From IMG/VR virus record IMGVR_UViG_3300035524_000014: a stretch of 64,000 bases of DNA; one strand, written 5' to 3'. The position numbers and the translations under genes were made by a program. The DNA comes from a virus. The first letter of the stretch is position 1, and each line of letters opens with the position of its first letter. The notes under the pieces are model-generated. The model worked only from the letters and a program-made list of their open reading frames with translations, had not been told where the DNA came from and did no database searches. This document shows positions 54,401-62,512 of this stretch, piece by piece.

Positions 54401-54627
54401 GCCCCTGCAACAGATTTAGTAGCACCGCTAAGGAAACCCATATTTCTTCCGGCAGATTTAGCTTGCTTGCTAATACCGCCTAAAGCGGCTTCGGGAGATG
54501 CTCCGCCTCCACCGCCTTTTCCGGCAATGCCACGCAAAGAAGTGGAAACTTCATTGACGGCCTTTTTGAAAGAGCCGTCAACCTTTCCACCAAACTTCAC
54601 AAACAATTCATTCTTATATTGACTCAT
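51478..54627 (-). CDS. Tail tape measure protein
   Basis: About 1050 aa, helical, with the conserved core FSANEVAAAMVYLGQAGF...DLFTSAIRAFQL. Start moved to ATG 54627 (MSQYKNELF) because the ORF-track start lies inside an upstream hairpin. Confidence 0.9.
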   Translation of the reverse strand: MSQYKNELFVKFGGKVDGSFKKAVNEVSTSLRGIAGKGGGGGASPEAALGGISKQAKSAGRNMGFLSGATKSVAGAFSTIARFSVAGGVFAGITGGIVGAFNSIVEFDQSLKNLQAITQASNQEVDAFGRKMVEVSNMTKFSANEVAAAMVYLGQAGFTATETLETIDAVASVATGTLTDFALTADLFTSAIRAFQLDTSESARVADIFASAVNRSKLTIQGMRTIFNYVGASASQAGVALDEAAAAAGLLANNGMRFSTVGTSMRNVLSRMIAPSNKMRTELAYIGLTADDVNPRIVGFQKAMQNLSKIIVDQKTGLADAGKAYKLFGLRGQQAANVFVRTFTSGQYEQMLENINNVGAAFRMQLKQQEGLGVSLKNLWDRIKNVGVALGDLGLTAVIRGTIDVLSDAVKKVQTFIRSIIKLVDWIDIAKGNVETQTQAIAENGEELRNLAVGLEKYIKAYKNLQQEGVDTWEAQKEIQHLNENLSDSFEDAADVVEKYGNNLSELIPRLIQLKNESEVKATRTFVEGLSQNREDIIKTREELSGLVSDIKSLKYSVQHEQNPRLLGYMQHELELLEERVPVVEKRLKDLLLQKDIFISEIARAGEGVVDRRLSKFSEDVDREVLTPWETTLSQLGEAWQSAFDSLWKKGNITQLEKFFDAAKQAIVSAESARETIASMGGGPTEMDRAALAKTKEELDSFWESIYEDQRRSAEKSFQRIAAAYGATLKAQLSQVEKIESEKEHLMRRGEATELNILRSKRQYLDKEYLIYVEYYDQIIQLAEETAQARGDAENAVVEKYLAEREKKESEYNIQILNLENDIFKERMRNPENFADAWESAMRKLESSTESSFSKVRDWMVDAVDEFADSSADAFLDFVEGTKSAADAFSDMAYSILRDLTKMIIKQQIMNAVMSGMKAMGNSGGFLGTVGSFFTKAMGMNHSGGMAGKASSIKKQIDPSSFINAPKFHNGGEVPAILERGEEVKTREQAAQDREPKQTNVIIENKTGNPIGSARATTQINMGEEVIRIVLDGIDRNRSGLRKKIATVR

Positions 54628-54647
54628 GTTAAATCTCGCTCTAATAA

Positions 54648-54685
54648 TAAAAGATACCAATCCCGTAAATATGAAATTGGTATCT
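54648..54685 (-). promoter_or_regulatory. Perfect 12-bp hairpin between the GT chaperone and tape measure genes
   Basis: AAAGATACCAAT, a 14-nt loop, then ATTGGTATCTTT. Confidence 0.5.
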
Positions 54686-54738
54686 TTTATCTTTTATTTA
54701 TATAAAGGTCGTATCTCCGTAAAGGGTGTTCGATACGT

Positions 54739-55436
54739 TTAAGTTGGTTTCATTTCTTCTAAAGAACTTCCGCCGAACGCCTTCACAAACTGTTTCATCT
54801 GCCGTTCCGTTTCCAACTGTTTTTCTTCTTCAGTCATGTCCTTATATCTATCTTCAGGTCTTTCCATTTCCCTGATAGATGGAACTTTAACGCCGTGGAA
54901 ACTTCCTAAAATTCTATATTTATTATGCTCTCTTATTACAAACTTCTCAAATAACGTGTTTATCTGTTTTAATGTCAACCCGCTTTTATAACAAGGATCG
55001 TGCACCAGATTGTTTATTGTTATCTGTGGGTATGCCTCAAGAATTGCAGTCAGGACTTCATCTATGTCCAGAGACTTACGACCTTTTTCTTGAGGCTCAT
55101 CATGTTTTTTAGAGAGCCTTCATAATTCATCTCATAAATATGGTTGGCAATGTCAACTACCTGATCGTTAGTGATGTTATCAAGGTCAATTTCATAATCA
55201 GCAACCATTTTGACAATCTCAACGATATTATCTTCAATTAGTTGCATGATCATATTTACCATATCTACAGTGGAGATTTCTGCATCTTCGGATTTTTCCG
55301 CAAACTCAGAAATCATTTCCCCAATCTTTGCGGCAAACTTTCGTTGCTGCCCAAAAGAAAGAGGATAAATTTCAAACTCTTCTACCTTCTTAATCCCTAC
55401 TTTAACTTTCCTAGTTTCGACAATCAGTTCAGACAT
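54739..55436 (-). CDS. Tail assembly chaperone GT-like fusion made by a -1 programmed frameshift
   Basis: The -1 frame entered at G_AAA_AAG stays open (KGRKSLDIDEVLTAILEAYPQITINNLVHDPCYKSG...) and is the same frame as ORF 54739..55005. Confidence 0.65.
55062..55436 (-). CDS. Tail assembly chaperone G-like
   Basis: A 124-aa acidic ORF between the major tail and tape measure genes, ending ..SLKKKVVSLWT*. Confidence 0.75.
   Translation of the reverse strand: MSELIVETRKVKVGIKKVEEFEIYPLSFGQQRKFAAKIGEMISEFAEKSEDAEISTVDMVNMIMQLIEDNIVEIVKMVADYEIDLDNITNDQVVDIANHIYEMNYEGSLKNMMSLKKKVVSLWT
55083..55089 (-). promoter_or_regulatory. Candidate -1 slippery heptamer GAAAAAG
   Basis: Reverse strand reads CTC AAG AAA AAG GTC, 7 codons before the G stop. 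Confidence 0.55.
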
Positions 55437-55459
55437 TAGTTTAATTTCTCCTTCTAAAT

Positions 55460-55483
55460 AGGAGGGGAATTACTTCCCCTCCT
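55460..55483 (-). terminator. GC-core hairpin after the major tail gene
   Basis: AGGAGGGGAA-ttac-TTCCCCTCCT, 19 nt after the stop of 55502..56398. Confidence 0.55.
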
Positions 55484-55501
55484 TTATACATAGTTTTATT
55501 A

Positions 55502-56398
55502 TTACGCAAACACAACTCGACCAAGAGGCATAGAATCCCACGCCGCGTTACCGCCGGACATAATGGAATCGGCAGGAGTTGCTTCGAAAGTAATACTGAC
55601 CGCAGCATTAGTGTCCGCAGCAAAGGCAATTTCACCGTTATTAGTACGGGCCTGAGCGCGAGGGAAGATTACTGTCATCGTATTCGTAGCGTTTGGAAAT
55701 ACATAATGACCCTCAACACGAAGATAATCCGGTGCTTTAAGATCGCCGATCTTGATTTCACCAGAAGTAACAGAATCATAACCTTCTTTTACCATATAGA
55801 AAGTAAAAACGTCATCCGCAGCCCAGGTTCCGGTAAAGAAACCAGATGGGATGCTCAGAAGTTCGGCAGCGCCATCGGTAAACACAGAAGTTGCAGCAGT
55901 ATCACCTTCTCCTATCTGGTCACCTGTCAACTTACCGCGTTTATCGGAATAAACCGAATAGGTAGTGGGAGTAAGGAAGATAACACGATAGGTATCTGCT
56001 TCTGCATCTGCACCGCCGTCGATTTCGTCAGAAGTGTTGTATGTGCCGGAATCAGAAGAAACAACGGTATAACCCTCGCCTGTCCAAGAAGAACCTGCGG
56101 AAGAGGGGTCGATGCCCTGAAGGATAGCTAGATTTCGCGGAGTCATCTCTTTAAACTCACAGGTAATCTGTTGGGTTTCCTGAGTAGGGATAACATAGTC
56201 CTTAATCATCGGGAAATCGGACCAGTGTTCATAATATTCGCGGTTAAAAGTATAAGATGCACTAGAAAGCGCACCAAGAGACTGAGAGGTGGTCAGTACG
56301 GGAGTAGTAGTGCTAATATTGGCAGCACTGGGTCCGACCCTAACCTCCATCAAGCCGATAGCAAGAGACTGTGGATTTTGGGTTCTTGGTCCGGGCAT
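55502..56398 (-). CDS. Major tail tube protein
   Basis: A 298-aa ORF with AAGGAGG 6 nt upstream, GC-rich codon usage, a position upstream of G/GT and a terminator hairpin downstream. Confidence 0.7.
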   Translation of the reverse strand: MPGPRTQNPQSLAIGLMEVRVGPSAANISTTTPVLTTSQSLGALSSASYTFNREYYEHWSDFPMIKDYVIPTQETQQITCEFKEMTPRNLAILQGIDPSSAGSSWTGEGYTVVSSDSGTYNTSDEIDGGADAEADTYRVIFLTPTTYSVYSDKRGKLTGDQIGEGDTAATSVFTDGAAELLSIPSGFFTGTWAADDVFTFYMVKEGYDSVTSGEIKIGDLKAPDYLRVEGHYVFPNATNTMTVIFPRAQARTNNGEIAFAADTNAAVSITFEATPADSIMSGGNAAWDSMPLGRVVFA

Positions 56399-56422
56399 AA
56401 AAGCCTCCTTATTTAGTGCGGC

Positions 56423-56896
56423 CTAATATTGACCGCCCCACTTTAAATTGATCGTTACAAGTTTATACTTAGTTCCATCAGTTGCCTTCATATACGGACT
56501 TTGGTACGCAATGTCGGCAATCATCCATCCAATAACTTCTTCTTCACTTGTATTTAGGTTTACATAAAAAGGAATACGTCTTGTGGAATCGGGTTGAGTT
56601 GAATCTGTAAAATTCCCAACAACAATATCCCTAAGTTCTGTAACTACATCTGAGCCAACGTCCTTTCTCGCACAACAATAAATATCCACTAAGGCCTCAT
56701 TTATTGCCCCCGTAATAAACGTCCCAAATTCAACAGTTAGCCATTTTGGGGCTTCAGACTCCGAATCTACTGGAACCTGAAGCCCCGTGTCGAATAGAAG
56801 GGGAAGGGAAGGAGAGAAAGAATTGGCTATTTCGTAAAAAAACTTACGAACAGATAACTTAAAATTTATTTCTTTACTTATATCTGGTAAAGGCAT
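56423..56896 (-). CDS. Tail terminator / tail-completion protein (gpU-like position)
   Basis: A 157-aa ORF immediately upstream of the major tail gene. Confidence 0.4.
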   Translation of the reverse strand: MPLPDISKEINFKLSVRKFFYEIANSFSPSLPLLFDTGLQVPVDSESEAPKWLTVEFGTFITGAINEALVDIYCCARKDVGSDVVTELRDIVVGNFTDSTQPDSTRRIPFYVNLNTSEEEVIGWMIADIAYQSPYMKATDGTKYKLVTINLKWGGQY

Positions 56897-57090
56897 CAGT
56901 TTTCTTCACTTTCTTTAGTAAGACTTTCTATTAATTCTAAAAAATTTTCATATACTCTAACTGTTTCTTCCTCGTACATATCCTTGCAAATTATAGCACC
57001 ATTGAGAATCATTTTCAAGTGCTGTAGTTCGGAAAGAGTAAAAATAGTTGTAATTTCTACATCTAAAGGTCTAATATCAAATACACGCAT
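56896..57090 (-). CDS. Hypothetical protein
   Basis: A 64-aa ORF with start/stop overlaps on both sides. Confidence 0.45.
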   Translation of the reverse strand: MRVFDIRPLDVEITTIFTLSELQHLKMILNGAIICKDMYEEETVRVYENFLELIESLTKESEEN

Positions 57091-57654
57091 TTATCTAATT
57101 TCCCATCTCTTAAACATTCTTTGTGAAGATTTTTTCAAAATGTCATCTACTTCAGTCCTCACAAAATCAGCAAGGGTTGGTGTGAAAACGGGTCTAGCGG
57201 GTATCTTTCCACTTGGAGAACCATATTCATTCAAGTAAGCATAGTATGAAATGTCTCTGGCATTGTATCCTTTAGATTGATCACCTTTTTCATATAACCA
57301 GCTCTTTCCCCCAACTTTCTTCCCTTTTGGAATACCTACCGCCCTTCCACCATCTTTTTCATATATCTGGATGTTTCTAAATAAATCTCCGGCAAGAAAC
57401 CACGGCTCCGCATGCCCATAGTTGCGTATCTTCCAATTAAGATAGTCTTTGTTATATGACTTTGTACTCTTAGGGTATTTACCAGATAGAAGATTATCGC
57501 GTACCATCGTAAAATATCCGTGTGAAAGAGCGCGAATTATATCCCCCCTAGCCCCTACTTTGGACTCCGCTTCTTTTCTAAGACGTTGCGTTCTATTTGC
57601 AATGTCTCTGACTTCTCTATAAAAAGAGGGATTTATCTTAATAGATATTGTCAT
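57091..57654 (-). CDS. HK97 gp10-like head-tail joining / tail completion protein
   Basis: The ..GKIPARPVFTPT.. motif is characteristic of the gp10 family. Confidence 0.6.
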   Translation of the reverse strand: MTISIKINPSFYREVRDIANRTQRLRKEAESKVGARGDIIRALSHGYFTMVRDNLLSGKYPKSTKSYNKDYLNWKIRNYGHAEPWFLAGDLFRNIQIYEKDGGRAVGIPKGKKVGGKSWLYEKGDQSKGYNARDISYYAYLNEYGSPSGKIPARPVFTPTLADFVRTEVDDILKKSSQRMFKRWEIR

Positions 57655-58078
57655 GGTGTTCTATGTAACCATCCAAAATATCAATTCCGATGTATTCAGA
57701 ACTAGGTTCACCGTGTCGATTTAGAATTACTTCTTTCCTGAACAAGCGGGGGTTAACAAAATATCTGGACTTCTCACCATTATCCATAATACGATAAAAT
57801 CTAAAATAATCGTATCCAGACTGCATAAACTCAGGAATAGCTTTAACAAGAATATCCTGAAGGTGCTCGTCGGTAAAAATAATCATGTACCAATCAGTAT
57901 CACAATTATTCAATCCAGATACAGAAACATTGGAAGGCTTTTCAATTACTGTTGCACCAAGCCCTTCAATGCTCTTAAATGTTTTTTCCTTATCCCCGCC
58001 ACGATCAATTACATAAATTGTGAGACTCATTTCTATTCTGTTACCTATTATCCTCGGCCATTTTAAGTTCATAAGCAT
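57638..58078 (-). CDS. Hypothetical protein with faint glycosyltransferase-A-like features
   Basis: SLTIYVIDRGGDKEKT...DWYMIIFTDEHL. The alternative start ATG 58030 avoids the overlap with the upstream gene. Confidence 0.4.
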   Translation of the reverse strand: MLMNLKWPRIIGNRIEMSLTIYVIDRGGDKEKTFKSIEGLGATVIEKPSNVSVSGLNNCDTDWYMIIFTDEHLQDILVKAIPEFMQSGYDYFRFYRIMDNGEKSRYFVNPRLFRKEVILNRHGEPSSEYIGIDILDGYIEHHDNIY

Positions 58079-58667
58079 ATCCGAAATTATACTTATCTAC
58101 GTTATCTACCATCAAAGTTTCACCTGAACCAAAAGTAATTCTATCAAATTCTCTTATGTCATAGTGTCTAGAAATATAAACAAGGAGGGCATCAAGAAGA
58201 ACTTCACCAATGTTGTTATAATCAGAAACCTCAGAACCAAACCTAGTATTAGTGACAGTACACGGAATATCTATCTGATAAATATCATTCCACACCAACT
58301 CTTCAAGGTAGGTACTTGGGTTTAGAACTTTCTGCGACCTATATATTCTAGCAGTTGTATTGTTTTTATAAAGAGTTCCCTGTTGCTGGATTACTTTATT
58401 TCTGAAAACCTCATTATTAAGGTTCATAACAAGATAAGTATCGTTGTTGTAATTCGTCCTAAGATAATCCCCATCTTTAAGAACAGAATCATAAGGAACA
58501 AAGGCTTTCAGGTAATACTCCTGAATGAATACTTTTGTTGCTTGGTTACTAAGTTCTGTAAGTATATATTCGGTTGGGTATTCAGTAAGAGAAGCACCCT
58601 TAATAGGGGTAATAGCGGTCCCGTTATCTTGATACGCTTTCTTTACTTTTTCACCAATATGAGACAT
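58041..58667 (-). CDS. Hypothetical head-tail module protein
   Basis: A 208-aa ORF. Confidence 0.5.
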   Translation of the reverse strand: MSHIGEKVKKAYQDNGTAITPIKGASLTEYPTEYILTELSNQATKVFIQEYYLKAFVPYDSVLKDGDYLRTNYNNDTYLVMNLNNEVFRNKVIQQQGTLYKNNTTARIYRSQKVLNPSTYLEELVWNDIYQIDIPCTVTNTRFGSEVSDYNNIGEVLLDALLVYISRHYDIREFDRITFGSGETLMVDNVDKYNFGYAYELKMAEDNR

Positions 58668-58669
58668 TT

Positions 58670-59113
58670 TTAATTATCCTCTTCCAGATATGTAATATCC
58701 TTTCCAGTAGGAGAATATACAAATCCATTTCCTATATATACACCAAACATATCTGCGGGGTTGGGAAGATCGGCAGTGAGGTTAGGAAAGAGTTCCGGCT
58801 GAGCTTCCTGTGCCTGTAAGAACTCCTTATCGTAATAAGTAATAAGTGATTTAAGGTGTTCAAAGGCTTGTTGAAGATGTAATTTATTAAACTGAAAATT
58901 CTCCGATTCCCCTAAAAGAAGAATCTCGACACAATGCCTTTTAGACCGATTGATAAGCCAATACTCTTTTAGTCCCGCAACAGGGAAGGAATATCCTAAT
59001 TCTATAATAGCCTTGTTTATAGCTCTAGTTATTTCTTCCTGAGTTAAGCTATCTTTAATTTCACCTAATTCAATTTGAACATTTGTGGATATATCTGCAA
59101 TAGTCGATGCCAT
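58670..59113 (-). CDS. Head-tail connector (gp6-like) candidate
   Basis: A 147-aa ORF, first of the connector block after the capsid genes. Confidence 0.4.
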   Translation of the reverse strand: MASTIADISTNVQIELGEIKDSLTQEEITRAINKAIIELGYSFPVAGLKEYWLINRSKRHCVEILLLGESENFQFNKLHLQQAFEHLKSLITYYDKEFLQAQEAQPELFPNLTADLPNPADMFGVYIGNGFVYSPTGKDITYLEEDN

Positions 59114-59132
59114 TTTCCTTCCCCATATCTAT

Positions 59133-59441
59133 TTATTTCTTAGAAGCGACCTTTTTCTTCGGACGACCTTTCTTTACAGTCTTAGGCTCAGGTTTCTTTT
59201 CTTCTTTAGGTTCTTCTTTAGGTTCTTCTTTAGGTTCTTCTTTAGGTTCTTCTTTAGGTTCTTCTTTAGGTTCTTCAACTACTTTTTCATCTTCGTCTTC
59301 AAGAACTTCTACGTTATTAGAACCAAGTTCAATTTCTTTTAGAAGATACTTATCAAATTCTTTCTTTTCCTTCTCAACAACAGAACCTTTAAGAAACACC
59401 CCAGAAGGAACAGACAGAGTTACATTCATACGGACTTTCAT
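59133..59441 (-). CDS. Hypothetical protein with a (KEEP)n tandem repeat and a basic tail
   Basis: ..VVEEPKEEPKEEPKEEPKEEPKEEPKEEKKPEPKTVKKGRPKKKVASKK*. Confidence 0.55.
   Translation of the reverse strand: MKVRMNVTLSVPSGVFLKGSVVEKEKKEFDKYLLKEIELGSNNVEVLEDEDEKVVEEPKEEPKEEPKEEPKEEPKEEPKEEKKPEPKTVKKGRPKKKVASKK
59209..59268 (-). repeat. Five perfect 12-nt tandem repeats (ggttcttcttta) with degenerate flanking copies
   Basis: Read directly at 59209-59268. Degenerate units extend to about 59191 and 59280. Confidence 0.9.
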
Positions 59442-59459
59442 TTATTCTCCTTCTTTAAT

Positions 59460-60482
59460 TTATAATATTTTAGCCAAATCACTAAACCGACATCCATCTT
59501 GATCGTGCAGTTTATTATGACACTCTTTACAAACACAAATTCCGTTTTCAATATCTACTTGTTCCATTGGGGAACAAATAACAGGGTTGATGTGGTGCGC
59601 TTGCAATTCTTTAGAATCAAACCTCTCACCACAAACTTGACAAGTATATTCATCTCTTTCAAGAATCATTTCACGAAATTCTTTAGAATATTCTCTTTTA
59701 ATAGGTTTAGTCAAGTCTTTTGGATATTTCTTTTGATTATATACAGAGCAAGAGGTTTTACAAGAATCTGAGCAATAAAGTCGATGCTCACCCGATAAAA
59801 TTCCATTTAATGCTTTTATTCTATTTTGCACTTGTTGATTAGTAGGTATAAAATATTCTCTGCAAGTAGCACATTTTACTTCTAAATACCCATCTTTAGA
59901 TTCGCGAGGAGACTCAGTAGGAGTGAAGTTATCTTTATATGTTTCATAGTTAGCAGAGGAATTACTGTATTCTTTTTTCTTTTTTAATAAAACATCATGA
60001 TTCTCTTCTCTCCAATGTTTATTTCTTTCTGCTATAATATCACGATTTTCTTCACGATACTGTTTTTGGTAGTCGGCTATAATATCACGATTTTCTTCTC
60101 TCCAATGTTTATTTCTTTCTGCTATAATAGCTTTATTTTCTTCTCTATATTCTTTTTTAGTTTCTAATATAATATCTCTATTTTCTTTATAATAATCTTT
60201 TTTCTGTGCTAGTATAGCATCACGATTTTCTTCATAATATTGTCTTTTTGATTCTAGTATACTATCGCGATTATCCTCACGATATTGTTTATTGTATTCT
60301 AATAAAACATCTCTGTTTTCTTCGTAATATTTCTTATTAATATTTTTCTTACACTCAGAACACCTACTCGCCTTTCCGTTTATACCCTTTTTATCTCTAT
60401 TAAATTCTCCCCATGCCTTAAACTCACCACACTTAGTACAAGTGCGCCCCGCTTCATTTATTATACCTTTACGTTTGGGCAT
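59460..60482 (-). CDS. HNH endonuclease, family copy 2, inserted between the capsid and connector genes
   Basis: INEAGRTCTKCGEF zinc ribbon, about 8 tandem (Y/W)(Y/R)EENRD(I/A)I(L/A).. repeats, and CQVCGERFDSKELQAHHINPV...NGICVCKECHNKLH. AT-rich, unlike the flanking capsid gene. Confidence 0.8.
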   Translation of the reverse strand: MPKRKGIINEAGRTCTKCGEFKAWGEFNRDKKGINGKASRCSECKKNINKKYYEENRDVLLEYNKQYREDNRDSILESKRQYYEENRDAILAQKKDYYKENRDIILETKKEYREENKAIIAERNKHWREENRDIIADYQKQYREENRDIIAERNKHWREENHDVLLKKKKEYSNSSANYETYKDNFTPTESPRESKDGYLEVKCATCREYFIPTNQQVQNRIKALNGILSGEHRLYCSDSCKTSCSVYNQKKYPKDLTKPIKREYSKEFREMILERDEYTCQVCGERFDSKELQAHHINPVICSPMEQVDIENGICVCKECHNKLHDQDGCRFSDLAKIL

Positions 60483-60500
60483 TTCTACTACTTATCTTCA

Positions 60501-60528
60501 AAGGAGGGGTATGTTTCAACCCCTCCTT
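60501..60528 (-). terminator. GC-core hairpin after the major capsid gene
   Basis: AAGGAGGGGT-atgtttca-ACCCCTCCTT, 17 nt after the capsid stop. Confidence 0.5.
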
Positions 60529-60544
60529 ATTATTTAATTATTTA

Positions 60545-61795
60545 CTAACCTACCACAAGCTGGTACGTGGCTGAGGGTACATATAAGCAAGGAAGACAAA
60601 GGTCTTCGGCAATGAGGCGCACACCATCGGGGTACTCTTCCATCTTAGAACGCATACGCATACCGTAAATACCGCCATTACCATGAGGAGCTTGCATCAT
60701 TTCAGCAATAGGCTGGCCGTCTACGTTCGGAACAATGCCCACAATCTTATTAGTATCAAGCATGAACTTACGCATGGAAAGTTGTGCCTTAAATGCAGCG
60801 GCGGTGACGCCAGTAAGTTCAGCATCAATAGTAAGTGCGCCAGTAGTCTGGTTGACCGCAGTGATAGTAGCGCGAGGACCGGCGGCACCGTCCACGGCGT
60901 TCTTCACCCAGACTTCGCCACCAACAACGAAATCAGAAGGATCGGCAACATAGATAGTAGTGCCGCCGCTGTACGCCTGAGAAAGGAAGCTCTGAACAGT
61001 GTAAGCACCATCATAAAGGTTAACCGAACCCACACCAAGAATCTGAGCAATAGCACCGGGTGCATTAGCAACAAGCTGTGCATCGGAAATGTTCTGAGTC
61101 TTCGCAAGATCACGAATACCTTTGTCCTGAACAAGCGACTGAAGAAGTCGGCTGTTCATATAAAGTTCGAGGCCCATGAGTTCCATTTCAAGGGAATCCT
61201 GAAGGGTATTCTTCATATCGAACACGTCGCCAAACACATTGCGTTCAGCAACAGCATTAGAATCACCATACCACTTCGCAGTAGAACCAAGAGTAACCTG
61301 ATGGGAAGTGGGGATCCCCCAAGACACAGACGCGAACTCGGGTGCCTGAGAAGTGGACTTAATATTGTACGTCATGGTTCCATCAAACAGCATCTTTGCA
61401 AACATCCATTCACGCCTGCGCTGAATAGAGTAGAGCATACGCTGAGAACCATAGGCAATCTCAGCCTGACCTTGACGCTTCATCTGCGCGGTACCGGGTT
61501 CACGGAGGTTGTTAAGGAACTCTTCGCCGTAGAACTTATCGGTGGCAAAGTAAGCGGCCTTCATGGAGTGCTTCCCAACACCGTCATCTCCGAAGCTAGG
61601 CCCACGGGAACCACGGGCAACAAAAGGAATCAACCCAGCAGAACCGTAACGGCTTTCCCATTCAATAGTATCAGAAAGAGCATTGTTTGTAGGGAACTTA
61701 TTACTCAGCACCATAGAAGGCGGGGTTTGTGCCTTCTTAATCAGCTTATTAAGAGTGCTAAGATGAAGTTCAGGAATTACATTACCTTTTGGCAT
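60545..61795 (-). CDS. Major capsid protein (lambda gpE-like family)
   Basis: A 416-aa ORF. N-terminus ..LSTLNKLIKKAQTPPSMVLSNKFP..IEWESRYGSAGLIPFVARGSRGPS. AAGGAG upstream, GC-rich, and a position after the decoration and protease-scaffold genes. Confidence 0.8.
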   Translation of the reverse strand: MPKGNVIPELHLSTLNKLIKKAQTPPSMVLSNKFPTNNALSDTIEWESRYGSAGLIPFVARGSRGPSFGDDGVGKHSMKAAYFATDKFYGEEFLNNLREPGTAQMKRQGQAEIAYGSQRMLYSIQRRREWMFAKMLFDGTMTYNIKSTSQAPEFASVSWGIPTSHQVTLGSTAKWYGDSNAVAERNVFGDVFDMKNTLQDSLEMELMGLELYMNSRLLQSLVQDKGIRDLAKTQNISDAQLVANAPGAIAQILGVGSVNLYDGAYTVQSFLSQAYSGGTTIYVADPSDFVVGGEVWVKNAVDGAAGPRATITAVNQTTGALTIDAELTGVTAAAFKAQLSMRKFMLDTNKIVGIVPNVDGQPIAEMMQAPHGNGGIYGMRMRSKMEEYPDGVRLIAEDLCLPCLYVPSATYQLVVG

Positions 61796-61814
61796 ATCTT
61801 TTCTCCTTTAGTAT

Positions 61815-62501
61815 TTACTTGATATAAACACGATTGCTGAACTTCTTAGCACCAAGGGCGGTGAGAGCAGCAGAATCGAGGTTGAACATGGGGGCAGAAT
61901 ACATAATGGCGTTAGCAATGACTGCGGAAACCTGTGCACCCTTTGCATCAGAACCAACACCAGTATCCACCGGGCGATCAGTAATAGCAACAGCAGTTGA
62001 AAACTTACCAGAAGTACCAGTCTTCACATAGATGTGTGCACTCTTAGCAACGGTAAAATCAGCACCTACACCAGAAGCATTAGTGAAAGTAATAGTAGCA
62101 ATGCCGTTAGCAACAGAAATGTCAGTAATTGCGCCACCATCAAGATAATCAGGATCGTCATTAGCAAGAACAATCACATCGCCAACAGAATACTTACCAG
62201 ATTCAAGTTCGGAAACCTGAACGGTATCAGATTCGGCAACGTGGTCTGCAACAAGCGGGGAAACCGCAACATTGTCAGAATACGTGGTGGGAACATAGGG
62301 AACAAACTCACCATTAACGTCTTCAGCAACAACGGTTCCTGCTTCAACCCAACCATACCCCGCTTTCATTTTCAGAGAAGCGAACATAGTAGAATCAGTG
62401 GGAAAACCATCAGTATAAAGATGCGGGTAGTCATATTGAACACCACGGTTGATCTGTGGAGTATCACCGTGAGTAACTACATCTGCGCGAGTAATAGCCA
62501 T
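61815..62501 (-). CDS. Head decoration protein candidate
   Basis: A 228-aa ORF between the protease-scaffold and capsid genes, with AAGGAG upstream and GC-rich codon usage. Confidence 0.4.
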   Translation of the reverse strand: MAITRADVVTHGDTPQINRGVQYDYPHLYTDGFPTDSTMFASLKMKAGYGWVEAGTVVAEDVNGEFVPYVPTTYSDNVAVSPLVADHVAESDTVQVSELESGKYSVGDVIVLANDDPDYLDGGAITDISVANGIATITFTNASGVGADFTVAKSAHIYVKTGTSGKFSTAVAITDRPVDTGVGSDAKGAQVSAVIANAIMYSAPMFNLDSAALTALGAKKFSNRVYIK

Positions 62502-62512
62502 AATTTTTCTCC

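Noticed and set aside
60683-61822. A 379-aa plus-strand ORF (and 60735..60953).
   Set aside because: It is antisense to the major capsid gene. The open frame is a by-product of GC-rich coding sequence, and the minus-strand product has the capsid-family N-terminus and a strong RBS.
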